This document shows, in pieces, positions 15,744-24,900 of a stretch of DNA of 32,000 nt. Numbering within the stretch: the first letter of the stretch is position 1; each line of letters opens with the position of its first letter. The notes below the pieces were generated by a model. That model did not search any database and had not been told where the DNA came from. It was given only the letters and a program-made list of their open reading frames with translations. A program made the translations under genes and the position numbers. The stretch is from Microcoleus sp. LAD1_D3 (GTDB taxonomy: Bacteria; Cyanobacteriota; Cyanobacteriia; Cyanobacteriales; Microcoleaceae), in NCBI GenBank assembly GCA_036702135.1, contig JAUBSB010000012.1; one strand, given 5' to 3'.

Positions 15744-17015
15744 ATGTCTTCACCACTGCTGAAGCGAGAGTTGGGTGTTTTCGGCGCAACTCTCATGGGC
15801 CTGGGCTCAATCCTCGGTACCGGAGTATTTGTGAGTATCGGCATTGCTGCGGAAATTGCTGGGCCGGGAGTGATTTGGGCTGTAGGTATTGCGGCTTTAG
15901 TGGCTGTTTGCAATGGCCTCAACAGTGCTCAATTAGCAGCAAATCATCCTGTTAGCGGCGGTACTTATGAATATGGCTACAAATATCTCAATCCTTGGCT
16001 CGGTTTCACTGCCGGCTGGATGTTTTTGTTGGCGAAAACGGCTTCTGCGGCTACTGCTGCTTTAGGTTTTGCAGGGTATTTTTTAAATGCAGTTGGTGTA
16101 ACCGATCGCACTTACGTAATCCTAACAGCTTTATTCGCCCTCGCCACCCTCACTCTGGTTGTCTTAACGGGAATTAGGCGATCGAATATTGCGAATACTG
16201 CCATAGTCTCAGTTACACTTCTATCCTTAGCAGTGTTTGTTGCTGTCGGTTTGCCAGAGGTAAGGTGGGAAATGCCCGCCCTACAGAATGATAGCTCGAT
16301 CGGCTCCATCTTCCAGGCCACCGCCCTGATGTTTGTCGCTTATAGCGGTTACGCCCGCATCACCACCATGAGCGAGGAAGTGCGGGAACCGAGGGAAACC
16401 ATTCCCAAAGCCATAATTTTCACTTTGGTGCTGACAATGCTGCTTTACGTGGGGGTAGCAGTAGTTGTCGCGGGTGCGGGGGGAGCCGATAAATTGTCTT
16501 TACAAATAGGCGGTACGACTGCACCTTTGGAAGTCATCGCCCGCAGTTTCCCAATTCCAGGAGTTTCTCAACTGCTAGCCGTCGGTGCAATTACCGCTAT
16601 GTTGGGAGTCTTGCTGAACTTAATTTTAGGGCTGTCGCGCATCTGGCTGGCGATGGGGCGGCGCTTGGATATGCCGAGAGTCTTGGCGCGGCTGAATCCT
16701 TCGGGGACAACTCCCTACGTGGCTGTGGTGGTTGTGGAAGTTACGATCGCACTTTTAATCCTCGTCGGCGATGTCAAAACCACTTGGTCATTTAGCGCTT
16801 TTAGCGTTTTGATTTACTACGCTATCACCAACCTCGCCGCGCTGCAACTTTCCCCCGCCGAAAGGCTTTATCCGCAGTGGTTGGCTTGGGTGGGTTTGGG
16901 GAATTGTCTGTTTCTGGCTTTCTGGGTGGAGAGGCAAATTTGGCTGACAGGATTGGCATTAATTGCCGCCGGTTTAATTTGGCGGGCGATCGTCCGACTC
17001 CCGGCGAGAAACTAG
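15744..17015 (+). CDS. APC-superfamily amino acid/polyamine permease
   Basis: 423 aa, about 12 hydrophobic segments. The N-terminal signature LGVFGATLMGLGSILGTGVFVSIG...NSAQLAANHPVSGGTYEYGYKYL is typical of APC transporters. Confidence 0.88.
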   Translation: MSSPLLKRELGVFGATLMGLGSILGTGVFVSIGIAAEIAGPGVIWAVGIAALVAVCNGLNSAQLAANHPVSGGTYEYGYKYLNPWLGFTAGWMFLLAKTASAATAALGFAGYFLNAVGVTDRTYVILTALFALATLTLVVLTGIRRSNIANTAIVSVTLLSLAVFVAVGLPEVRWEMPALQNDSSIGSIFQATALMFVAYSGYARITTMSEEVREPRETIPKAIIFTLVLTMLLYVGVAVVVAGAGGADKLSLQIGGTTAPLEVIARSFPIPGVSQLLAVGAITAMLGVLLNLILGLSRIWLAMGRRLDMPRVLARLNPSGTTPYVAVVVVEVTIALLILVGDVKTTWSFSAFSVLIYYAITNLAALQLSPAERLYPQWLAWVGLGNCLFLAFWVERQIWLTGLALIAAGLIWRAIVRLPARN

Positions 17016-17057
17016 AAGTGTGATAAATTGAAACAGCATCCCGCATTGTAGAGGGTC

Positions 17058-18467
17058 ATGCCCGATCGAACTCCCGAGCTTGCGACTCAAGAATCTCCCG
17101 CATTCAGCGCCATCAGTCGCTATATCGCTCAAACACTAATTACCATTCAGGAAAAGCATCCCGAATGGATAGCTGAAAAATACAGGAACACCCCCTGGGC
17201 AAAACCTGATTTTCAGTCAGTTTTGATTGGAAAATTGACAAAAAGTTTCACAGTAGCCAGCGATACAGATTCCCTGCTGCTGACTGCGAAAAAATACCTA
17301 CAAATTCTGCTGGTTCCAGAATTCGTTAATTCTCCTCAATTCAGCAAATTATGTGCCAAAATTCAGCAGCTAGCCCAATCTGAAACAGCACCCGCTAAAT
17401 CACAAAACTCAGTTTCCTCAAAACCTCCCACTCCCACCACCAATCAAACAAATTCGCTTCCTCTGGGCATTGCTATCTTGCTGCTAGATGTCGAAAACTT
17501 GCAACTCACCATCGAAACCGAAAAATTCCTAGAGGGAATTTGCCACTATCCCATCCAAATCAAAGTTGCCTTTGCCAATTGGCGCAGCATGGGCAAGAAA
17601 GATGCCGAATTTCACCAGCGCGGCTATCAACTGATTCACGTCCCCCCCGGCAAAGACAGCGCCGACTTAAAAATGGCTACAGTCGGCGCATCGATTTTCG
17701 TACATTATCCCACAGCGAAAGAGATTTTTGTCTGTTCGTCCGATCGCGCCCTCACTCACCTCAGCAATACACTGCAAGCCCACGGATTAACCGTATTTCA
17801 AGTCCGCAAACAAATAGATAAAATTATAGTTTTAAACAGCAAAACCGGACAAGTGGAAACCCATTCCCTGGTAACTATACCGGAAATTACACCCCTAGAA
17901 CAATTAGTTATTCAGCTAAAGGAATTAATCAAAAAAGAACAAAAACGCACATCAGCTCAGTGGATAAAACTTTCTACTGTTTCAGCTTTATTTAAGGAGA
18001 ATCATGGTTTAGTCCTCAATCAAGTTGTTGCCCATCATTTGCTCGGCACTAAAACCAGGGATATCTTTCTCAAATATCCCACGGATTTTGTCCTCCACAA
18101 ACCATCAGAAACTTCTCAAACTTATGTTACTCTTTTTGAAGTGAGATTGTCGCCCCCACCGCCAATACTGAGCCAAGAGACTCTGAATAACCACCAGGCA
18201 GCACCTGCAAGTTTGACAGATATTAATTCTTTGGAAGACTTGGAAAGAGCTCTTGTCAAAATAGTTGGTGACTTAACCGGCAACTCTCCTGACAATTCTG
18301 TATTTCTTTCCAATGTAGGCAGCGAATTTCACAGACAATACGGCAAACAAATTACCCAAATAATTAAAGATTTTAATCTCGGTAGGAAATTTACTAAATT
18401 TTTGCAATCCTGCGCTTCTCTCCAGCTAAAAAAAGCCGACAAAGGCTGGCAAGTTTCCCTCAATTAA
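17058..18467 (+). CDS. NYN (LabA-like) + two OST-HTH/LOTUS domains, paralog of 6607-8049 without the Zn ribbon
   Basis: ILLLDVENL, PPGKDSADLKM, IFVCSSDRALTHLSNTLQAHGLTVF. The C-terminal NVGSEFHRQYGKQITQIIKDFNLGRKFTKFLQSC is collinear with QVATEFHKQYGQPITKKLQSLHLGSNFYDFLQSC of the first paralog. Confidence 0.8.
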   Translation: MPDRTPELATQESPAFSAISRYIAQTLITIQEKHPEWIAEKYRNTPWAKPDFQSVLIGKLTKSFTVASDTDSLLLTAKKYLQILLVPEFVNSPQFSKLCAKIQQLAQSETAPAKSQNSVSSKPPTPTTNQTNSLPLGIAILLLDVENLQLTIETEKFLEGICHYPIQIKVAFANWRSMGKKDAEFHQRGYQLIHVPPGKDSADLKMATVGASIFVHYPTAKEIFVCSSDRALTHLSNTLQAHGLTVFQVRKQIDKIIVLNSKTGQVETHSLVTIPEITPLEQLVIQLKELIKKEQKRTSAQWIKLSTVSALFKENHGLVLNQVVAHHLLGTKTRDIFLKYPTDFVLHKPSETSQTYVTLFEVRLSPPPPILSQETLNNHQAAPASLTDINSLEDLERALVKIVGDLTGNSPDNSVFLSNVGSEFHRQYGKQITQIIKDFNLGRKFTKFLQSCASLQLKKADKGWQVSLN

Positions 18468-18477
18468 TTAAAAATTA

Positions 18478-18589
18478 GGCGTTGCTTAATCAGGGTATGA
18501 AAAAAATAACTTTAAAATCCAAAAGCTTTGTGGATACTGGTTTTTATGACGGGCATATTTAACGTTTCATACCGTAAATCAGCAACGCC
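18478..18589. repeat. 112-bp element bounded by bipartite inverted repeats (MITE-like or structured RNA)
   Basis: GGCGTTGCT-7nt-GGTATGAAA (18478-18502) faces TTTCATACC-7nt-AGCAACGCC (18565-18589). That gives two perfect 9-bp helices separated by a 7x7 internal loop. Confidence 0.5.
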
Positions 18590-18670
18590 AAAAATTAAAA
18601 TATATAAGCATCCCCATTACTAGCAACTTGAGTTATCATACAATCGGGACGTAAAGATATGTAAAGGGAT

Positions 18671-19378
18671 ATGCAGGACAAAGTTGTAGTTGTGGTGGGT
18701 GCGACTGGCGGCATCGGTTCAGCGGTGGCCCGCCAACTCGCCGATGCGGGTGCGAAGCTAGTGCTCGTAGCCAGAGACAGCAGCAAGTTAGACGCTTTAG
18801 CTAGCGAACTTTCGGCAACAGAGGTACTGTGCGTGCCCACAGATATCACCGATTTGCAGCAAGTCGAGACGCTGATGCAGACAACTGTGGAACATTTCGG
18901 ACAAATTGATGCTCTCGTAAACGCCGCTGGTGCCGGAATTCTCAAGCAGTGGAACAAGTTAGAACCGACGGATTTAGACGCCATGCTTGACTTGAACTTG
19001 AAAGGCAGTTTTTACACGTCTCAAGCAGCGGCGAATGTGATGAAAGAGCGCAAATCCGGCCACATTTGCAATGTCATCGGGATTTTGGGCAAGCATTCGA
19101 TGGCGATGGGAACCGCTTATTGCGCTTCAAAGTTTGGGGTAGTTGGTTTCAGCAAGTGCATGGCAGATGAACTGCGACGCTACGGCATTAAGTTTACACT
19201 ATTCTATTTTGGCGGGGTGGATTCTCCGTTTTGGGATAATGTGAGTTTGAAGGTAGACAGGTCAAAAATGCTGAGTACCGAAACTGCTGCAAATGCGATT
19301 ATGTTTGCTCTTTCGGCTCACCCGCAAGCTGTGCCGATGGAGATTAATATTCAGCCGGAAAGTCATTTGTTCTTTTAG
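18671..19378 (+). CDS. short-chain dehydrogenase/reductase (SDR) family oxidoreductase
   Basis: VVGATGGIGSAV (TGxxxGxG), NAAG, YCASK (YxxxK) catalytic motif. Confidence 0.9.
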   Translation: MQDKVVVVVGATGGIGSAVARQLADAGAKLVLVARDSSKLDALASELSATEVLCVPTDITDLQQVETLMQTTVEHFGQIDALVNAAGAGILKQWNKLEPTDLDAMLDLNLKGSFYTSQAAANVMKERKSGHICNVIGILGKHSMAMGTAYCASKFGVVGFSKCMADELRRYGIKFTLFYFGGVDSPFWDNVSLKVDRSKMLSTETAANAIMFALSAHPQAVPMEINIQPESHLFF

Positions 19379-19779
19379 CTATTGAGGAGTGATTTGAAGG
19401 CAGAAGGCAGCGGAAGCTGCAGGCAAGAAAAATTATGAGATTTTTAGGTTTGAGAACTTGTACAGCACTTAATTATGTAGGGTGTACGGGCTCGCGCACC
19501 TTACCCATATAAGTAGCACGTCAAACCATTTTTTGGCCTTAGTCCTATTGGCGAAAGCTTAGCGGTCAAAGCGAAGCTATGGCAGACACGGGGTTTCTTT
19601 TAATTGCCGACTTATTTCTGCCTTCAGAGGGAGCGAGGATATTCAATCTTTAGGTTATTATTAACTGGGCGCGCAATAAAAAGTATGAAAAATATCCATT
19701 ACTCAGTCCCTCCCTTGCAGTTTCGCCTTGAAAATCAGCAGATTTTCCATTTTTCAGTTTCCATTTTCAATTATTGATT

Positions 19780-20841
19780 ATGGAGTTCGATCGCATTCAA
19801 TTTTACGTTGAAAACGCTAAAGTATCCCGCGACTGGTTTGTCAGCCAGTTAGGCTTTCAATCAATAGCAGGTTATGCCAATAGCCACACTCACACTGAAG
19901 CTGTCAGCAGCGGCAATGTATGTTTTGTTTTATCTTCGCCCCTGACACCCGCTAGTCCCGCTGCTAGTTGGTTGAAGTTTCATCCTCCAGGGATTGCCGA
20001 TGTAGGTTTTCGGGTAAAAAATATCGAATTAGTGATAGCTAGAGCGGCTGCACAAGGCGCTAAAATCCTGGAACCCATTCAAGAAGACCTAAACGCAGGA
20101 GGCTATTTTAAGCGGGCAAAAATCGCGGGCTGGGGAGATTTAAGCCATACGCTCGTTGAGCGAATTGGCAGCCATTCACTGCTATCGGCTTCGGATCAGC
20201 GGCCGCTGTTTACCCGGATTGACCACGTAGTGTTAAATGTTGAATCGGGCGATTTGTCAAGTGCTGTGAGTTGGTATCAAAAAATATTAGCTTTTCAACC
20301 GCAGCAAAATTTTGACATTCAGACTGAGAAATCGGCTTTGCGGAGCCAAGTTATGGTGCATGCTGAAGGTGGGGTGCAATTCCCGATTAATGAACCGGCA
20401 ACAGCTAATTCTCAAATTCAAGAGTTTTTGAGTGCAAATCGAGGGCCGGGAATTCAGCACATGGCTTTGCAAACTAATAATATCGTGGGGGTTGTTGCCG
20501 ATTTGCGATCGTGCGGTTTGCCTTTTCTACCGGTTCCTCCAACATACTACTCCGAATTGCAGCAGCGACAAAACTATTTGCCCGCAGATTGGCAAGAAAT
20601 TGCAGCTTGTCAAGTTTTGGCCGATTGGCAAGAAGATACTCCCGCAGCGATGCTGCTGCAAATCTTTACCCAGCCAATTTTTGCAGAACCGACTTTCTTT
20701 TTCGAGATTATTGAGCGCCGAGTTAGTTTAGTTAACGGCAAACAGGTGCAAGCTGGAGGTTTTGGGGCGGGGAATTTTCGAGCTTTGTTTGAGGCGATAG
20801 AACGGGAACAAATGAAGAGGGGAAGTTTGATCGATGATTGA
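19780..20841 (+). CDS. hppD: 4-hydroxyphenylpyruvate dioxygenase
   Basis: Two VOC/glyoxalase-fold halves. GIQHMALQT, LLQIFTQP, FFFEIIERR and the C-terminal GFGAGNFRALFEAIEREQ are HPPD hallmarks. The ORF-track start at 19774 is TTG; an ATG is at 19780. Confidence 0.92.
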   Translation: MEFDRIQFYVENAKVSRDWFVSQLGFQSIAGYANSHTHTEAVSSGNVCFVLSSPLTPASPAASWLKFHPPGIADVGFRVKNIELVIARAAAQGAKILEPIQEDLNAGGYFKRAKIAGWGDLSHTLVERIGSHSLLSASDQRPLFTRIDHVVLNVESGDLSSAVSWYQKILAFQPQQNFDIQTEKSALRSQVMVHAEGGVQFPINEPATANSQIQEFLSANRGPGIQHMALQTNNIVGVVADLRSCGLPFLPVPPTYYSELQQRQNYLPADWQEIAACQVLADWQEDTPAAMLLQIFTQPIFAEPTFFFEIIERRVSLVNGKQVQAGGFGAGNFRALFEAIEREQMKRGSLIDD

Positions 20842-20861
20842 CAAAAGTTCCAGTTTTTAAG

Positions 20862-21395
20862 TCAGACAGGCGTGTTAATCAGCAGTGCGATATCTTTCCA
20901 CCCGTAGGCAATTTCTTTGAGTGAAACTCCGGCTCTACTTGTTTGCTGTTCGTCTACTTTTTCACCTCCTAACAATTCATAAAATTTATAGGCTGAATTG
21001 TCTCCTAGTACCCAAACAAGCATCGAGTTCAAACTTAATTCTGCCAATTTTGTGGCAACGGTTCTCACGAGTTGCCGTCCGATTCCTTGACGCTGATATT
21101 CCTCCAAAATATAGATGGCAAATAATTCTCCTTTATATACATATTTGCCAGTTCGCTCGCCACCACCCGCAGCAAAACCCACAATTTGTTCCGAGTCATT
21201 CTCAGCAACGCAGACAAAAACCCCAGTATTTTTGACGTTTGTCAGGATTTCTTGCCAACGGCTTTCTGCTTTTTCATAGGACAGTTGCGCGAGGTAATCT
21301 GCTGGTACAATTTTTCGGTAAGCTGTCCGCCAAGTATCTAGATTCACCCGTGTTATTGCAGGTGCGTCAGCGATTTTAGCTTCTCTCACAATCAT
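20862..21395 (-). CDS. GNAT-family N-acetyltransferase
   Basis: 177 aa; acetyl-CoA loop YQRQGIGRQLV. The start overlaps the upstream cyclase gene by 20 nt. Confidence 0.88.
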   Translation of the reverse strand: MIVREAKIADAPAITRVNLDTWRTAYRKIVPADYLAQLSYEKAESRWQEILTNVKNTGVFVCVAENDSEQIVGFAAGGGERTGKYVYKGELFAIYILEEYQRQGIGRQLVRTVATKLAELSLNSMLVWVLGDNSAYKFYELLGGEKVDEQQTSRAGVSLKEIAYGWKDIALLINTPV

Positions 21396-23532
21396 CAGAA
21401 AATACTCCTTTCGGGCCCTGAAATTCTCTTTTCAAGTCTAGGCAAACTATACGATCGCGCCCTTCTAGTTTAGCTCGATACAGCGCTCGATCGGCCTGTC
21501 CAATTAACTCCTCAATCGATAAACCAGCACCAGGTACAGTAGTAGCGATCCCCATACTAAGAGTTATAAACTTACTTACCTTGGAAGCAGCATGAAAAAT
21601 TGCCGCTGCTTTCAAACCGCTGCGAATTGCTTCAGCTACCTGCTTTGCTCCTTGCACATCAGTTCGTGACAAAATTACCGCAAATTCTTCGCCCCCGTAG
21701 CGAGCGGCTAAATCTCCTGCCCGCTGAGCGTTGCTAGCTAAAATCTCGGCTACTTGTTTTAAACATTCGTCGCCTCCTTGATGCCCGTAATGATCGTTGT
21801 AAAGTTTGAAAAAATCGATATCGCACAAAATTAAAGACAGCGACTCTTTTTCTCGCTCCATCAACTGCCATTGTAACTCCAATTTTTTGTCAAAACAGCG
21901 GCGGTTGGGAATTTGAGTCAATCCATCCACCGAAGCGAGGCGCTGCAATTCCATGTTCGCTGCTTGTAATTCTAATTTGGCTTGTTCTAAAGCTAAATTT
22001 TGCCGAGCTAATTCTTCACTTTGACGTTTTTCTTGTTCGTACAAAAATCGGATTGAAGCTTCAGCTTCTTGCAATTCTTTCTCTGCATATTTGCGCTTGA
22101 CAAATTCCCCTAATTGAGAACTTACCACAGCTATGATCTGAAGTAAATCTTGATCCGGTGGCAGTTCTTCCCGGCAAAAAAAAGTCATTACTCCTACAAC
22201 TTGGCTCCTAGCGTGAATGGGGAAACCGAATCCCGATCGCAGTCCCGCTTCCTCGGCCAAGCGCGATCGCACGAAATTGCGATCGCCCACAAGATCAGTA
22301 ATCCACTGCGTAGAACCGCTTCTGGAAACCGCTCCCGGCAAACCCTCACCCGCAGCCAAAGTAATCTGCTGATCGTTTTCGGCAAACTCCCTAACTTCCT
22401 CCGCTGCCTGCCAAACTGCCACCCGCCGCCAACAAGGATTTTCCTCGATCGGACAGCAAAGCGGCAGGCACCAAAGCGGATCTTTTTCAGATTTTATTTC
22501 TTCACCCAATCTAGTTTCTTTCTCCCCCTCTGCAGGCGTCCAAAGTTCGCCAAAATCCCACCCAAAACTTTGGCAAATAGCTTGCAAAATTTTCGGAGTT
22601 GCGCTATCTAGAGAAGTTGATTCTGACAGGATATGAGTCACAGCATACTGTGCTTCTTGACACTTTTTTATGCGTTGTTGCTTGGTAATGTCTTTGCCTA
22701 TATAAACAAAATCTTGTATAACCTCCCTATCTGCATCCTTGCTTCCTGTGCTTGTCTCAAAATTAGAGCATGAAAACGCAACAATCACCTTTAAACCTAT
22801 TTTCGTTTGGCAAGCTACTTTTACTTGAGGCCAATATTCGCTTTTAAGTGCAGGAGGTAGCTGGCTGACTTTGCGTAACAATTCCTCCTCAGCCGTAATC
22901 ATGGATATGGATTGGCCGATTAATTCCGATTCGGTATATCCAAATAATTGCTGTGCAGCTTGATTCACTTTTTTGATTTGGCCCGATGTTCCTGTTACGA
23001 ACAAAACATCGCCTAGGGAATTAATAATTTTGTCAATATAATCGCCAGCAGCAGCTACGTGATCGCCTTTAATACTTGTTTTGTTGGCAGCCTGAAGCAT
23101 GGTTGGCTGAGCTCCCATGCTATCTGTTACATCTTCGCATAAAATAATCAATCTGTCAGCATTCGCTTGTCCCTTATAACCAAATATGTACAAATTTAGA
23201 TACAAATAAGAGCCGTCTTCGAGAACTCGGCTAATTGATTTTAACTGGCAATCTTGCTGTCTTTCTTCAATAATATCTTCCAGGATTCCTTCAATTCCCA
23301 TTAATTCGGGAAAACAATCGCGCACGTCTTTTCCTTCGCCTACTTCCTCATGAATGTAGGCAAAATCTTGCACTTTCACAGATATTTCTTTAATCTTAAG
23401 TTCGCGATCGACTGTGAGGTATTCAATCCTGCGTAAGGATAACAGCTTATAAAGAAGAATATTAATACTTCTTGGGCTGCTCTCTACAGTCAATGTTGGA
23501 AGCATCTCGTTATTGTAGAGCATCTCTCTCAA
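21376..23532 (-). CDS. PAS-PAS-GAF-coiled-coil-GGDEF diguanylate cyclase
   Basis: GGEEF active site with RAGD (RxxD I-site) five residues upstream. PAS-like LGDVLFVTGTSGQIKKVNQAAQQLFGYTESELIGQSISMI. A GAF-like segment precedes a long coiled coil. Confidence 0.9.
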   Translation of the reverse strand: MREMLYNNEMLPTLTVESSPRSINILLYKLLSLRRIEYLTVDRELKIKEISVKVQDFAYIHEEVGEGKDVRDCFPELMGIEGILEDIIEERQQDCQLKSISRVLEDGSYLYLNLYIFGYKGQANADRLIILCEDVTDSMGAQPTMLQAANKTSIKGDHVAAAGDYIDKIINSLGDVLFVTGTSGQIKKVNQAAQQLFGYTESELIGQSISMITAEEELLRKVSQLPPALKSEYWPQVKVACQTKIGLKVIVAFSCSNFETSTGSKDADREVIQDFVYIGKDITKQQRIKKCQEAQYAVTHILSESTSLDSATPKILQAICQSFGWDFGELWTPAEGEKETRLGEEIKSEKDPLWCLPLCCPIEENPCWRRVAVWQAAEEVREFAENDQQITLAAGEGLPGAVSRSGSTQWITDLVGDRNFVRSRLAEEAGLRSGFGFPIHARSQVVGVMTFFCREELPPDQDLLQIIAVVSSQLGEFVKRKYAEKELQEAEASIRFLYEQEKRQSEELARQNLALEQAKLELQAANMELQRLASVDGLTQIPNRRCFDKKLELQWQLMEREKESLSLILCDIDFFKLYNDHYGHQGGDECLKQVAEILASNAQRAGDLAARYGGEEFAVILSRTDVQGAKQVAEAIRSGLKAAAIFHAASKVSKFITLSMGIATTVPGAGLSIEELIGQADRALYRAKLEGRDRIVCLDLKREFQGPKGVFSDDCERS

Positions 23533-24001
23533 AGGTTAGCCGGTAAAGTTAGTTGTTGTTTGGCTGCGATTTATCATGGGAATTTTTCTACTGGCATATG
23601 TCTTCACCTGTTACCGCTGGCTAATTTATGCAAACAGTACACTTGGGATTCTCCAAGCTGTTTTTTGCTTATTTTAAAAAGGGAACCAAATATTAATAGG
23701 ATCAACTTTTTTGGAGAAAGCGCAGTCAAAACCAGCCTCGATAGAGGTTGAGATTTATGAAGAATATGTAGCGGTTTACACTATTTGTGCGACACATTTT
23801 AATTTTAAATTCCCCGATATGGCTTACAACCGCTAAAGTTGATGAACAGCACAGTTTAATTCAAAAATTTCCTTTAATTAGCACCATTCCTATAGACCTT
23901 ACCTCCCCTAGGTATTTGTGTCAATTTTTGTAAAGAAAGTGTTACCTTTAAATGATATAGTATCGAAGAATTTGTATAAAAACTTAAAAACACTCTGCTA
24001 A

Positions 24002-24700
24002 ATGCTGAGACTTATTACCGACTTTGACGGCCCGATCATGGACGTGTCCGATCGCTACTACCGAGTTTACCAGGAGTGTCTCGCCGAGACTAAGCGTTCG
24101 GGCCAACCAGTGCGCGAACTCCCCAAAGCCGAGTTTTGGGACATGAAGCGCGCGCGGGTTCCCGAAACCGAAATTGCCATCCTCTCAGGATTAGACGCAG
24201 CCCAAGCGCGCGATTTTGCTCAGAAACGCCGTCAAACCGTCCACACCCTACCCTACATGATTTACGATCAACCAGTCCCCAGCGCTCTGGAAACTCTCGA
24301 AAAGGTGCAGCGCGCTGGAGTAGACTTAGCTGTGATGACCATGCGCCGCGTTAGGGAACTAGACGAAGCCTTCAACCGCTGCAATTTAGGGCATTTTTTC
24401 CCAGAAAACCGCCGCTATTGCCTCCCCAACGATTACGTTAAAACCGGGGATGTCAAAGATAAGCCGCTGTTGATGGCAAAAGCTCTCGCCGAACTGCCGC
24501 CTGCTTCTGACATTTGGATGGTGGGGGATACGGAGGCGGATATTGTAGCAGCAAAAACCCACGGTATCAAGGTAATAGGTGTTTTGTGCGGAATTCGCGA
24601 TCGTACCCAACTAGAAATGCACCAACCGGATTTAATTGCCAACAATTTGAGCGAAGCAGTTGAGATTATTTTAGATAATCAGTTGTCAGTTGTCAGTTGA
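24002..24700 (+). CDS. HAD-superfamily hydrolase (phosphoglycolate-phosphatase-like)
   Basis: Motif I ITDFDGPIMDVS and motif IV MVGDTEADIVAA. The last six codons (QLSVVS) are encoded by the STRR heptamer tract. Confidence 0.88.
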   Translation: MLRLITDFDGPIMDVSDRYYRVYQECLAETKRSGQPVRELPKAEFWDMKRARVPETEIAILSGLDAAQARDFAQKRRQTVHTLPYMIYDQPVPSALETLEKVQRAGVDLAVMTMRRVRELDEAFNRCNLGHFFPENRRYCLPNDYVKTGDVKDKPLLMAKALAELPPASDIWMVGDTEADIVAAKTHGIKVIGVLCGIRDRTQLEMHQPDLIANNLSEAVEIILDNQLSVVS

Positions 24701-24900
24701 CTGTTGACTGTTGACTGTTGGCAGTGGTTAATTATTGTTATTGGTTAATTGTTATTGGTTGGTTCGTAGGTTTTAGGTGTTAGTAGTTAGTTGATTGTTA
24801 CCAATTAACAATTACCAATAACTAATGACAGTTGATAGTTGACTAATGATTGATGACTGTTGACAACTGACAACTGCCAACTGTCAACTGTCAACTGACT
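24680..24900. repeat. STRR-type heptanucleotide repeat tract arranged as a large imperfect palindrome
   Basis: The left block has CAGTTGT x2, CAGTTGA, CTGTTGA x2, CTGTTGG, then TTATTGG/TTAATTG units. The right block has the complementary units (GACAACT, GCCAACT, GTCAACT). ACTGTTG is the complement of STRR3 CAACAGT. The tract fills the spacer between convergent genes. Confidence 0.9.

Noticed and set aside
15659-15922. Minus-strand 87-aa ORF spanning the pstS/permease spacer
   Set aside because: It is antisense to the start of the APC permease gene, with a Pro/Ala/Thr-rich shadow composition.
4923-20841. Possible functional link between ubiD and hppD (prenylquinone/tocopherol head-group chemistry)
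   Set aside because: The genes are about 13 kb apart, on opposite strands and separated by unrelated operons. Co-occurrence in one window is most simply coincidence.
22150-22611. Plus-strand 153-aa ORF
   Set aside because: It is antisense to the GAF region of the PAS-GAF-GGDEF gene, with no motifs.
23533-24001. 470-bp AT-rich spacer searched for sRNA, riboswitch, tRNA or small ORFs
   Set aside because: I found only weak features (an 8-bp TAGCGGTT/AACCGCTA pairing around 23770-23835, coordinates approximate, with a large loop of roughly 48 nt, and the 63-aa low-complexity ORF 23560-23751). Nothing there can be supported without a covariance-model or expression check.
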